Source: Octopus sinensis
Taxonomy: Eukaryota
Direction: 5' to 3'
Length of the DNA: 64,000 nucleotides
NCBI RefSeq assembly: GCF_006345805.1
Contig: NC_043009.1
Coordinates: forward strand, 9,176,001-9,240,000
Shown: piece by piece, positions 21,970 through 33,897 of the stretch
How the letters are laid out: each line of letters opens with the position of its first letter
How positions within the stretch are numbered: position 1 is the first letter of the stretch
Notes under the pieces: generated by a model
Database searches by the model: none
What the model saw: only the letters and a program-made list of their open reading frames with translations
Told to the model about the DNA's origin: nothing
Made by a program: the position numbers and the translations under genes

Positions 21970-22134
21970 TACGACGGACTTCTTTCAGTTTCCGTCTACC
22001 AAATCCACTCACAAGGCTTTGGTCAGCCCGAGGCTATAGTAGAAGACACTTGCCCAAGGTGCCACGCAGTGGGACTGAACCCGGAACCATGTGGTTTGTA
22101 AGCAAGCTACTTACCACACAGCCACTCCTATGCC
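21711..22134 (-). mobile_element. SINE family 1
   Basis: Full-length, near-consensus copy. Confidence 0.85.
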
Positions 22135-22351
22135 TATATGCACTATATGCACATATATGCTATCAATACATACATATTCATGAATGATCACCTATACAGA
22201 GAGAGATAGAGAGGAATGAGCATCTATAGATGATTACTGAGCTTGGTTCTCACTTTCTGATATGACTCCAATTGTGGAAATGGTAAAAAGAAATGAGGCA
22301 AACATTATCCATTGGGTATTTAACATTTGTCTTCCATAATCTATTTCTTTA

Positions 22352-22563
22352 CTACCCACAAGGGGCTAAACACAGAGGGGACAAACAAGGCCAGACAAAC
22401 TGATTAAGTCAATTACATCGACCCCAGTACGTAACTGGTACTTATTTAATCGACCCCGAAAGGATGAAAAGCAAAGTTGACCTTGGCGGAATTTGAACTC
22501 AGAACGCAGCGGCGGACGAAATACCGCTAAGCATTTCGCCCGACGTGCTAACATTTCTGCCAG
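22352..22563 (-). mobile_element. SINE family 2
   Basis: Reverse complement of 40870-41100. Confidence 0.8.
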
Positions 22564-22584
22564 ATCAATGGGTCACAAACAAGT

Positions 22585-22850
22585 TTAGAGAGAAACTGGA
22601 TAAAAGAAAAATCTAATTTAGTATATAAGAGAGGAGACTGTCTGGTATGGACATGTGATGTGTATGAAATGTGTGGATGAAGAAGTAGAGCTTAAGTGAT
22701 CCAAGTTGAAGGAATGTACAGGAGAAAGTGACTGAAGAAAACACTGGAAGAAGTGGTGAAGACTGTCCTCAAGAAGTTGAACCTCCCAAAGGTGATGACA
22801 AATGCTTGTGATTAGTACTAGAGAAGACCTGTGAAACCTATGCAAACCTG
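22585..22850 (+). mobile_element. Highly decayed RTE C-terminal fragment
   Basis: AGAGAAACTGGAT..TGGTATGGACATGTGATGTGTATG..GAAGAAGTGGTGAAG aligns with the REKLD..WYGHV..EEVVK region of the RTE ORF. Confidence 0.55.
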
Positions 22851-23879
22851 GAAAAATGGGCTTATGATGATAATGATAAAGATGGTTATGATGATGATTG
22901 TCATGATGATGATGATGATAATGAGGATGATTCTGTGTGTGTGTGTAGTGTGTATTTGCGTGGAAGTGTGTGCAAATGCAAAACTGCCGTTTAGAGATAA
23001 AAATTCTAACCATATTCTAAAATTTAAAAAAATATTTAAATATATAAAAAAATAAATTTCTAATTTACCTATTTACAAAGAGACCTGGGTTCCATGTAAA
23101 AAAAAAAAACCTAAAAAAATAAACAAATATTAAAATTGCTCCAAGATTGGTAATAAAAAATTAATAAGAGCTCAGTGAAGTGCTTTACAAAAAATATAAA
23201 TTAAAAACAAAATAAACTAATAAAAAAATATTCTCTACATAGCAAACAAAATATTAGTTTTAAAATTAAAAAAAAAAGAATTATTTGAAAAGTATATTCA
23301 AATAAAAAATCCTCAAAGCAATATTAATTTAATTCAAATAACTTGGAAAAATTAAAGGAGATACCCAAACAATATATATATATCGTTTGTTCATTTTACA
23401 TCTATTTTTTGTTATTTTCTTTTCATGCTAGCATAGGTTAGACATGTTTTATCATTGAAGCTTTGCAGCTAGATGCTCTTCCAGTTGCTAACCCTTAGAC
23501 GTTTTCAATTAAGAAACCTATTTTGCATATTTTTGAAGGCACAAAGTGAGCAGATGATTTGTTGTCAGCAGAACTTAGAACAATGACACTGCTCACACTG
23601 AGCGACTTTTATAGAGCACAAAAATAAACAGTGTGCATGCACACACACACACACACACACACATGCAATGGGCTTTTTTCAGTTTCTATCAGCCAAATTT
23701 AGCCAAAAGGCTTTGGTTACAGGTATGGCTGTGTAGTCAAGAAATTCACTTCCCAGCTATGTGGTTCCATGTTCAGTCCCACTGCATGCTACCTTCAGTA
23801 TTTTCTACAATAGCACCAAGATGAATCCTTGTCAGTCAGTGAATTTGGTATATAGATATATAATAGTGGTCAGTGGTCA

Positions 23880-24125
23880 TGTATAAATGCATAGAAGTGT
23901 GAATGTTGATGTGTAGAAATGTGTATTGATGTATTAAAATCTCAAAGTGTTGTGGTATAAAAATGTTAATGTGCAGATATATAAAAAAATGTTAATGTTG
24001 ATGTATAACTTTTATTACAGCTGTATAAAAATGCTGATATGTAGATATATAAAAGTGCAAATGTGCAGAGTGTGAATTTATATACTTATCAAAGTGTTAA
24101 TGTAGATGTATAAAAGCGTTGTCAA
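23880..24125. repeat. Degenerate short-unit minisatellite (GTGTAGATGTATAAAAATGTTAAT-like)
   Basis: Repeated ATGTAGAT/ATATAAAA motifs. Confidence 0.5.
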
Positions 24126-24740
24126 AGCGTGAAGCAGTAATTACAAGGAGACGAGTTTGATTGTCATTCAGCTTTGACATTTTATTGACTGGTCCATTGA
24201 CTGTGTATAATCTGTATAGAAATTTCTGTTTAAAATGTATAAATAATTTGTTCAATAGATATCATGAATGATTACCCATTAGGGCAGGACTGACTAAAGG
24301 GGAGGGAGAAAGCAGCAACAACGATTGAAAAAAAAATGATGGTAATTTTTTTAGCAATAATAATAAATAAAATATTCATTTATAAAGCATATGCCATATA
24401 AAATATTCATAAATATAAAAGATGTTCAAGCCAATGCAGAATCATCAATGTAAGCCAGTAAAGGAGTATCTATGTTGGTCAATGAGGGAATCTTTACATG
24501 AGTCAAAGAGGAAGCCTCATTGACACAACCAACTTTCCATCAAATTACATCCTAACAACTTGAAAAATATGTTATCTCTGAAAAAGAAAAAGAATGTTTT
24601 ACCTTGCTGCGAAATAATGTAACCATATCAAAGAAGGACCCTAAAGTTCTAAAATGACCAGATACATTCTAGTAACTTGGAATAATAGTTTGGCTTATAA
24701 CCAAAATAATGTTAGTCTGTGTAGCATGGTTGAATATACT

Positions 24741-24951
24741 TTAACCCTTTAGTATTCAGATTAAGTTATCCAATGTAATGCTTATTTTTAATAATGTAGT
24801 ATTTTGTAGCTTCAAGATTTTGAAGATGTGTTTGTTTGTTTTTAGAATGACATTGTAGGGTAGGTGTGAGAGGTTGAGTCTGGTCAGTTTCAACATAAAA
24901 CAAGTAGAATATTTGGGCTGGATATGGCCAGTTTCAGTGCTAAAGTGTTAA
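24741..24951. mobile_element. piggyBac-like MITE
   Basis: TTAA|CCCTTTAG ... CTAAAGTG|TTAA, with a TTAA TSD. Confidence 0.7.
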
Positions 24952-25629
24952 GCCTTAAAATATTTTACAAGCATTAATCCCTTTGTTACTGTATTTCTGT
25001 TGAAATATAGAGACTTTGGTTAAATTAATTTCGAAAATAACAAAGAATTAATTAAAATAATTTTGTCATTATTAAGCTGGTGTTTGGAACATAAATTAAC
25101 TTGAAATTATGATGAAAGATTTTAATCTTTAAAACAAGAAACTTGTATTATTGAACAAGAAATAATTTCATGCAGTTTGGTGTCATCTGTTTTGGAATTA
25201 TGCTGTTATCACACACACATACCATCACCATCCATCCATCCATCTGTTCATCTGCCTACCTACCTCCCTCCTAATGCATTTTGTCATCTGTCATAGACAG
25301 TTTGAGTGTCTTCATTAGGAAAGTTTTTCCCTCAAGACACAAGATGTTTTATGGTAGACAAACAGTTGCTTATGAATGAAAGTTAACTCTCTTTCTACCA
25401 ATGTTTTCCAAAGGAAAGGCCAGTACAAAATGGCAGAAATTACACTACAGATTCTGCCATCAGACTGTAAATAACCAAAACTGGTACCAAAAAGTATTCC
25501 TTCTGACATTCCAACAATCCCATGAATCCACTGCCCTGTGCAGGAATTTTTTTTATTGACCCTGAAAACACAGTTTCTTGCCATACCTCCAGAAAAAAGT
25601 CAGAAGTGACTGTCAGAGAATTTCTGAGC

Positions 25630-25920
25630 AAGGTCGTTGCCAGTGCTGCTGGACTGGCTCCTGTGCAGATGGTATGTAAAAACACCATTTGAGTGTGGCC
25701 AACGCCAGTGCTGCCCGACTGGCCCTTGTGCCGGTGGCACATAAAAGCACCCACTACACTCTCAGAGTGGTTGGCGTTAGGAAGGGCATCCAGCTGTAGA
25801 AACTCTGGCAGATCAGACTGGAGCCTGGTGCAGCCATCTGGTTCGCCAGTCCTCAGTCAAATCGTCCAACTCATGCTAGCATGGAAAGCGGATGTTAAAC
25901 GATGATGATGATGATGATGA
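25630..25920 (+). mobile_element. RTE LINE 3'-end copy
   Basis: 3'UTR plus GAT tail. Confidence 0.85.
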
Positions 25921-25964
25921 CATTAGCCCCAATTTCTGGCTTCCTAACGCCTCCAATTGTAATC

Positions 25965-26266
25965 AGATGGATTACTGTGTATGAAGCACGGTTGAGAAAG
26001 ACATGAACCACTCTGCCTGCAACACCAAAGCTGAGGTAATGGTCATGATTAAGGAGGTGTTTGAAGATTTTCCTAGGGTTACAGTGAGGAACACATCTTG
26101 AGGCTGTGGTGGAAGTTGAGGGTGGCTTCTTTGAGTAAACTGTTATCTCCCAGCCATAATCTAGTTAAGGTTTTTTGATTTTTGAAAATACTTCTATTTT
26201 TGGATGGGATATTATGGTTCTTTTACCTTTTATGAAAACCGTCAAATTTAACCTGGACACTCTGTA
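25965..26266 (+). mobile_element. Tc1/mariner-superfamily transposon 3' remnant
   Basis: Translates ..VEKDMNHSACNTKAEVMVMIKEVFEDF..AVVEVEGGFFE*, then a TIR ..CCTGGACACTCTG|TA. Confidence 0.6.
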
Positions 26267-26399
26267 TACAAACACATACACACATACATGAACACAGCCA
26301 CATGTGATTTTAAAATTAACCCTCTCCCACCATCCTCCATCCTAACTTTTTACCCCTGTACCTCTATTCCACTGTACCCTTACCCCAATATATATCTTC

Positions 26400-26588
26400 T
26401 ATGTTTTTCTTGTTTCAGTCATTAGTCTGTGGCCATGCTGGGGCAACAGCTTGAAGGGTTTATCAAATAAATTAACCCTAGTACTAATGTTTAAGTTTGG
26501 CACTTATTGTATTGATCCCTTGTGTTGAACCATTCAGGGATGTAAACAAACTAACACTGGATGTCAAGTGGTGGAGGGGGACAAATAC

Positions 26589-26634
<46 letters not shown>

Positions 26635-26780
26635 TATATTATATACAAGTCAAGCTTCCACACAGTTTTTGTCTACCAAATTCAAATTTACTCACAAAGC
26701 ATTGTCAGTAAATGGTGAGAGTAGAAGACACTTGTTGAAGGTACCATGCAATGGGACTGAACCTGAAACCATGCTGGTTG
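26400..26780 (-). mobile_element. SINE family 1, degenerate
   Basis: Homologous layout with internal (CA)n. Confidence 0.6.
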
Positions 26781-27734
26781 CAAATATATATTACTTATAT
26801 ATGCAAAAGATGATATAAGTAATTATGAATACGCATTTTTGAAATAAAATTACTTACTCCCAATTTACTTCATTTTCATAATTAAGGAAGCTATTTCAGG
26901 TGATAATTAAGAGATGACTAATTTTTGAAATTTAAATATTCAGAGTTTTAACGAAATCATGAGCACTCAGTAATAATTTTCGTCTGTGTTTGTGTAAAGT
27001 TGAACATTTTGACTCATTTTCATAATCTGGTTATGAACTTAAGTATGTATATCATTTAGAGACTAATTGACAAAAATAAATTTAAAAAAAAAGAAAAAAA
27101 AACAGAAAATTAAACTTAGCAGAAGACTACATGAAGCAAAAAAATAAAAATAAAAATAAATGAAACAAATTTTGATGTTAGAAAAGCAGTAATTAATATA
27201 CTCATTTATTTAAAGTTAAAAAAAATACCCTTGATCTAAATTTCATTAAATATTGTAAAGTAGTTAGTATTCTGTGTGTAATGAAGCATCTTTAATAGAT
27301 GTATAATAATTATGAAACAAATGCTTCTTTTCTTACTCAAAATGAAAACAAAAAATTGTTGCTATAATTATTATTAGCTATTGTTAATTTAACTAGATTT
27401 TGTAAAGGTGTGTCATCCAAATAAATGAATTAAAATTAGTTGAAACTGTTCTGCTTTGGTTATTGCCTACTGAAGCTGGTCAAGTGGGGAGGGTTGGAAT
27501 GTCGCTTGTCTTTGAATGTATTTGTTGATTATACAAAACAGCAACAGTTTCTGAAAACATAACGAACCAAAACAATCAAATGAAGAAAGGAGTTTTTGGT
27601 TTTTTTTTGTTTTGGAAATTTTTTCCTTTACTTTCTATTTCCTGTCTAAATAAATAGTAACTTAATTAGTAAAGCGTTAATTTTTCTTTCAGATTAAGCA
27701 ATTATTTTAACCTTATACACTAATACACACAAAC

Positions 27735-27923
27735 ATGTATGTATGTATGTATGTATGTATGTATGTATGTATGTATGTATGTATGTATGTATGTATATAT
27801 GTATGTATGTGTGTATGTATGTATGTATGTATGTATGTATGTATGTATGTATGTATGTATGTATATATGTATGTATGTGTATGTATGTATGTATGTATGT
27901 ATGTATGTATGTATGTATGTATG

Positions 27924-27957
<34 letters not shown>

Positions 27958-28125
27958 TGTATGTATGTATGTATGTATGTATGTATGTATGCATGTATGT
28001 ATGTATGTGTGTATGTATGTGTGTGTGTATGCATGCATGTATGTATGTGTGTATGTATGTATGTATGTATGTATGTATGTATGTATGTATGTATGTATGC
28101 ATGCATGCATGCATGCATGCATCTA
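27735..28125. repeat. (TATG)n tetranucleotide array, ~390 bp
   Basis: Seen directly. Confidence 0.97.
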
Positions 28126-28423
28126 CATATGTGTGTGTGACTACATAGACAAACACACACAAAACAGATATATATATAGCTAGCTGACCCTCGGAAGTAG
28201 TCAATTGCTCAAACAAAGAGTGGAATGCAAGCTACTCTTCAGGCCAAGGATAATTTGATTATATGAAGTTTACGTTGTCATAAGGACAAGGTATAATCAA
28301 GGCACCCTTGGCCTGAAGAGTAGCACGTGGTTTACCCCTCATTTGGACAATTTACTTGTTCTGCTAGCTATATGTTGCCTGGATTTTATCTACTCCATTC
28401 CTTAAATTTTGGATATATACATA

Positions 28424-28465
<42 letters not shown>

Positions 28466-28471
<6 letters not shown>

Positions 28472-29000
28472 GTTGGCAACTAAGTTCTTGCCGTTTTTTA
28501 AAGTTTTAATTTTTTAAAACGTTTAATAAAAAATAACTAATTAATCAATAATGTATTCACCCTTGTTGTTTACAACTTCTTCTCAAAGTTCAACAAGATT
28601 TCAATACTCGATTTCAACTCAAAGAATTGATCCAACCAAGATCTTTTAGATCTGATGTAGTGATATTTTTTTGCTTTTCCTGACAAATTGACCTTTCCTC
28701 ATCATATAAGACTTATATCTGATGTCTTCGTGGACAACATTTCTAGCTGTTCCTTTTGACATATGGAGATCTTTTGCAATTGACTGCATGGACTTTCTGG
28801 GATTGTAATTAATGGTCTGTTGAACTTGCTGGATAAATTCAGGTATTCTGATGATTTCAGAGCATTTAGAAGGCTTTTTATACTTTGATACTGGTGATGT
28901 TTCCATCTTCAATCTCTCACTCGTGTGGAATCAATGCTAGGTGTGTTGAAACAGTTGTTGTGATTAATAATAAATTCTTGTATATTCCATCTTCCATCGG
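28466..29000 (-). mobile_element. Tc1/mariner remnants (mariner-type TIR + transposase fragments)
   Basis: TATTGGGTTGGCAACTAAG TIR. Minus ORF ..PEFIQQVQQTINYNPRKSMQSIAKDLHMSKGTARNVVHEDIRYKSY.. resembles a transposase HTH region. Confidence 0.65.
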
Positions 29001-29142
29001 CCATATATATATATTATATATATATATATATATATGTGCATACAGACATCATTCTTTTAATGGTCACTTACCATGATGATGATGATGACGAAGATGATGA
29101 TAGTGTTGTATAAGTATATGTGTATATAATTATATATACATA

Positions 29143-29206
<64 letters not shown>

Positions 29207-29284
29207 TTAAAATTAATAATAATATCTTCAAAAATATATGTCAACACAACATTATCAAAGTAATCCAAATTGGTGAAATTCCAA

Positions 29285-29636
29285 CTTTAGTCATCCAGCG
29301 AAGTCATCAATAATTGTATATGTTATTAATTATAATAATTTTTCAATTATTATATAATAAAGTTAATTCCTAAAAAAGTGTTTAATATAATAAATAGATA
29401 GGTATTTAATTATCTGTAATTTTTATTCTTTACTTATCCAATGAATTCATCAATAACTGTATATATTATCAATTATAATAATTTTTCAATTATCATATAA
29501 TAAGTTTAATTCCTATGAAAAGGTTAGTGTATTGAATAAATAGGTAATTAATTATTAAGTTTCTATTAAGCATAACGTAGAATTCTTGTCTGTAGTTTTT
29601 ATTCTTTAGTTATCCAGCAACCTCATCAATAATTGT
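29285..29636. repeat. Degenerate tandem repeat, ~150-180-bp unit, ~2.3 copies
   Basis: TCATCAATAATTGT and TAATAATTTTTCAATTAT motifs recur. Confidence 0.6.
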
Positions 29637-29637
29637 G

Positions 29638-30538
29638 TTACATGGAAACATGCGAGCAAGAGAAATAAAATTCCTAAGATTATAAACCTTGGAATAGTTC
29701 AGGACAAGTTATTACATCCTGTAAAATAGAGAACAAGAAAATTTTGACTTAAAATATTGCAGAGAAGGATAAGATTTCAAATATTTAGATTTAGAAAATA
29801 TTAGCTTTTCTTAAACTGAAAATTTTATTACAAGTTATTACTTCTATTTGTTATTACTTGTTACTTCTATTAAAAACAAAAAAAAAACTCAAAATATTTT
29901 TTGCACTTAAAAAAATTCATTTTTTGATTATTAATTAATTATTAGAAATTTGAAATTAGATTATATAAAATAATAGTAGTACATAATTAGTTAGTACAAT
30001 AAATAGAATAATACAAAAATTAGTTATACATTACAGTAAAATCTACCTATAAAAACAAATTCACAATTAAATTTGCTTGAGTTATAGCCTAAGTTATTGC
30101 CGAGTCTTCACATTTTTTAGTCTTGACCCAATGCCTATTTTTTACATATTGAATTTGCCTACCATATATGTTGTTCTACTTTGCATAAAACTTTAGCTAT
30201 ATCAGTACTTCTGGCTCTCATTTTTAAAGTATTCTAGTGTGTTAATATTTTAACAAAATGATGGTACCTTTTTTAACTATAATATTACTTTATAAATTAA
30301 AATCAAATAATTTTTAATATTCAAATTTTATCCTTAGCTGCAATATCTTAAGTAAAAATGTTCTTATTCTGTACTTTACTAGATGTAATAAGTTGTCCTG
30401 CACTTTTCCAAGTGTAATAACTTGTCCTGTATATTTCCAGGTTTAAAATCTTAAGAATATTATTTATTTGTTTGCATTTTTCCATGTAATCCATGTTTTT
30501 TTCCAGGCTATGCTATTATGCTAATTAATGATGTGTCA
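29638..30538. mobile_element. MITE/foldback, same family as 4715-5255
   Basis: TTACATGGAAA..GCGAGCA left arm and ..TGCATTTTTCCATGTAAT right arm. Confidence 0.65.
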
Positions 30539-30986
30539 AATGTGTCAGTCCGGGGTTTTTATTGGTAATTTTTTTCCTTACCTCAATGATGCCAGTGACA
30601 TGTTTTAAAAGTCCCCTTATACAACTGTATTCATAAAAACTATAGAACTATATTGTCACCCTCAAATTTGAGAAACAAACGCCCATAACTTTTTTCTTTT
30701 AAAACTTCATTGTATGAGATTGATACCATGAAATTCCTTGAATTGAGATCTATCATTCAAGCTTAATTAAAATATAGTTTGATTTTAAAATAAAAAAGTT
30801 AATTATGCTTAAATCCAATGTTTTGCCTTATATTTTTTTTCATAATATTTTATCTCACAACTTTTTTGATACAGAGTTTTGTTGCATCGGACCAAAACTA
30901 TGAAATTCCACATGCTTTCTTTTATCATTGAAGCTAAGATAAAAATATATTTTACTTTTAAAATAAAAAAAAAAGTTATTTATATA

Positions 30987-31143
30987 GGCGCAGGAGTGGC
31001 TGTGTGGTAAGTACCTTTGCTTACCAACCACATGGTTCCGGGTTCAGTCCCACTGCGTGGCACCTTGGGCAAGTGTCTTCTACCTCGGGCCAACCAAAGC
31101 CTTATGAGTGGATTTAGTAGACGGAAACTGAAAGAAGCCCATC

Positions 31144-31219
<76 letters not shown>

Positions 31220-31440
31220 GTATATGTGTATCTGTGTTTGTCCTCCCAACATCGCTTGACAACCGATGCTGGTGTGTTTAGGTACCTGTAACTTAGCGCT
31301 TTGGCAAAAGAGACTGATAGAATAACTACTAGGCTTATATAAAATAAGTCCTGGCGTCGATTTGATTTGACTAAAAAAGGTGGTGCTCCAGCATGGCCGC
31401 AGTCAAATGACTGAAACAAGTAAAAGAATAAAAGAAAAGA
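30987..31440 (+). mobile_element. SINE family 1
   Basis: Full-length copy. Confidence 0.85.
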
Positions 31441-32554
31441 ATATCTAAACATGAATAGAGACATTACTTACTCTCTTATAATGTTACTACAAATTTTGAT
31501 GTAAACTTTTTTCTACTGGACTAAATCTTAATTGTTAAATGCCAAAATGTAGCTAGGGACCAGTTCTTTTCAAAAATGTTAACAGTTTTCAATTTGGTTA
31601 AGAACTGAATTAGCAACAAGCTCTGAAAGATGCTGCATGTGGGTAAATTGTGGCCTTAAGAATATTATTCAACTACTAATTTAGTTGAATGTCAACTACT
31701 ACCATAGTTGAATGATATAATGATAATCATTTTTTTAGTTTAGTTTTTTACATTATTTTTCTATATAGATTTCAAAGTGTCAAAAAATATAGAATTAGTA
31801 TGGTATTTTTTAATTTTTTATTTGGACTTCATCATTTGTAAGTCTCCAATAACTGAAGATCTTTTCTTAAATACGTTTATTTTTTATTTTTGGTTTTATA
31901 TTTTTTATTCATTTTTATTTTTATTTCTATTATAAAGTAAATTATTTATTCAATGACGTCACTAATGGTTGAATGAATGTCTTCAGTTGGATTTGATTTA
32001 GATGTTTCTTTTTGTTAGTCTTCATTAACTGCTAATTGTTTTGCAGATGTTCCGTGGGAATTTCACCAATTTCGATTACTTTCATAATGTTTGTGTTGAC
32101 ATATATTTTCAAAGATATTATCAATTTTGTTTATAAGAATGTATGTATGTATCATCATCATCATCATCATCATCATCGTCGTCGTTTAATTCCTCCTTCC
32201 ATGCTGGCATGGATATATGTATGTATATAAATATGTGTGTGTTTGTGCATTGTGTGTGTGTGTATAGGTTAATGCAATTGAAACAGCTGTTGGACTTTCA
32301 AAGTGTGATCTAAAATAAAGATATGATTTTCTTCATAGATTATTACTTGTTCTTGTTAAAGACTCTGAATTACTTAAAATTCTACAAAAGGATTGTTGAA
32401 TTTACCTGTTGTGCATGAGGATTTACCTGAGATTTATATTCTACATACATTTACTGGTATCTGATTGCTGGAAATTTAGCCATATTCTTTTATACTGTGT
32501 GCTTAATTGATGTCTGACAGGATTTTTAAAATCATATTTTCTCTTATATATATA

Positions 32555-32762
32555 CCGGAGTAAGCATATAAATGTGAAACAAGGTGGAAAAAAGAGTACT
32601 CAAATACCAGAGGTAGAGTAATATGCTTTATTTAAAAGCAGCAGAAATATATCAAAAGCTGTTACTCAGAGTTTCCTGTCCCCGTTAACAAAATTGTCTG
32701 ACGAATGGGAACATGAAACTCTGAATAACAGCTTTTGATATATATCTGCTGCTTTTAAATAA
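32555..32762. mobile_element. Fold-back hammerhead cassette (family C) in (TA)n
   Basis: Arms 32628-32686 and 32701-32762 are inverted. The right arm carries a hammerhead core. Homologous to 50406-50628. Confidence 0.7.
32694..32731 (+). ncRNA. Minimal type-I hammerhead-ribozyme-like motif
   Basis: TGT-CTGACGA-ATG(GGAA)CAT-GAAA-C(TCTGA)AT-A-ACA. The only defect is G16.2>A; that G is intact in the antisense arm. Confidence 0.65.
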
Positions 32763-32997
32763 TATATATATATATTTGTATTTGTATATATATAAATATA
32801 TATATATTTTTATGTAAGTATGCATGAATGTGGGTGTGTGTGTGTTCACATTTGGATGTACAGTTTTCTTCAATGTTGCAAGTTCACTCCATTGATACTC
32901 AAAGTTTGTTGCTATTTCAGATCTCTCAATTGATGTATATGTTATGTACATATATGCATGTATGTATATATTTGTGTTGATGACTCTTATATATATA

Positions 32998-33033
<36 letters not shown>

Positions 33034-33154
33034 TATATATAACGGGAAGCTTTATGAAAATAGACAAAAGACGAAGGCAGGTGGAAAACAAACAAACAAC
33101 TGAATCTCAATTATTTCTGATCTACATTTATATATATATGTGTGTATGTATGTA

Positions 33155-33219
<65 letters not shown>

Positions 33220-33456
33220 TTATATATACATATTATATATACATATATATATATATATATACATATTTATATATACATATTTATATAATATATATATATA
33301 TATACATATTATATATACATATTTATATATACATATATATATATATATATACATTTATATTTATATACATATATATATATATATATTATACTATTTATAT
33401 ATACATACATACATACATATAAATTATTCATAAATACATAATACATACTATATATA

Positions 33457-33506
<50 letters not shown>

Positions 33507-33526
33507 TACATACATACACACATATA

Positions 33527-33751
33527 TATAAATGTAGATCAGAAATAATTGAGATTCAGTTGAATTAGGTACTTAAGTTGAACCACAAAATCAGTACAGT
33601 ATTATCCGTACAACTCAAAGTTAGGTGAACAAAATCAAAATAAGCAACAAGATATTTAGAGGTGGTACAGGACGACCGTTTCAAGCAGCTCCATTTAATT
33701 GAAAAATGCAAGCATTACATCAATTTAAATGCAGGGCTATCCTCAGCTGCA
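33527..33751 (-). mobile_element. Family A hammerhead cassette ending in (TA)n
   Basis: Hammerhead followed by the CTTGTTGCTTATTTTGATT body. Its 3' end is also present inverted at 33097-33131. Confidence 0.65.
33666..33751 (-). ncRNA. Minimal type-I hammerhead-ribozyme-like motif
   Basis: Minus strand TGCAG-CTGAGGA-long stem II-GAAA-CGGTCGT-C-CTGTA. GTC triplet; the base of stem II is imperfect. Confidence 0.6.
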
Positions 33752-33769
33752 GTCGGACACAGGTTATAT

Positions 33770-33885
33770 TCCTTTTTGAGTATGGCAGAAAGACCTGGGG
33801 TGTGAGGTCATCACACATGTATACAGTAACTCCACCATGGCTCCTTTCATCACGGATGTATATAGCAACTCCACCAATCATAGTT
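33770..33885 (-). mobile_element. CR1/L2-type endonuclease fragment
   Basis: GGVAIYIRDERSHGGVTVYMCDDLTPQVF, an APE-domain GGV motif. Confidence 0.55.
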
Positions 33886-33897
33886 ATATATATATAT

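Noticed and set aside
27694-28216. MYVC / HTYI repeat ORFs
   Set aside because: (TATG)n microsatellite translations.
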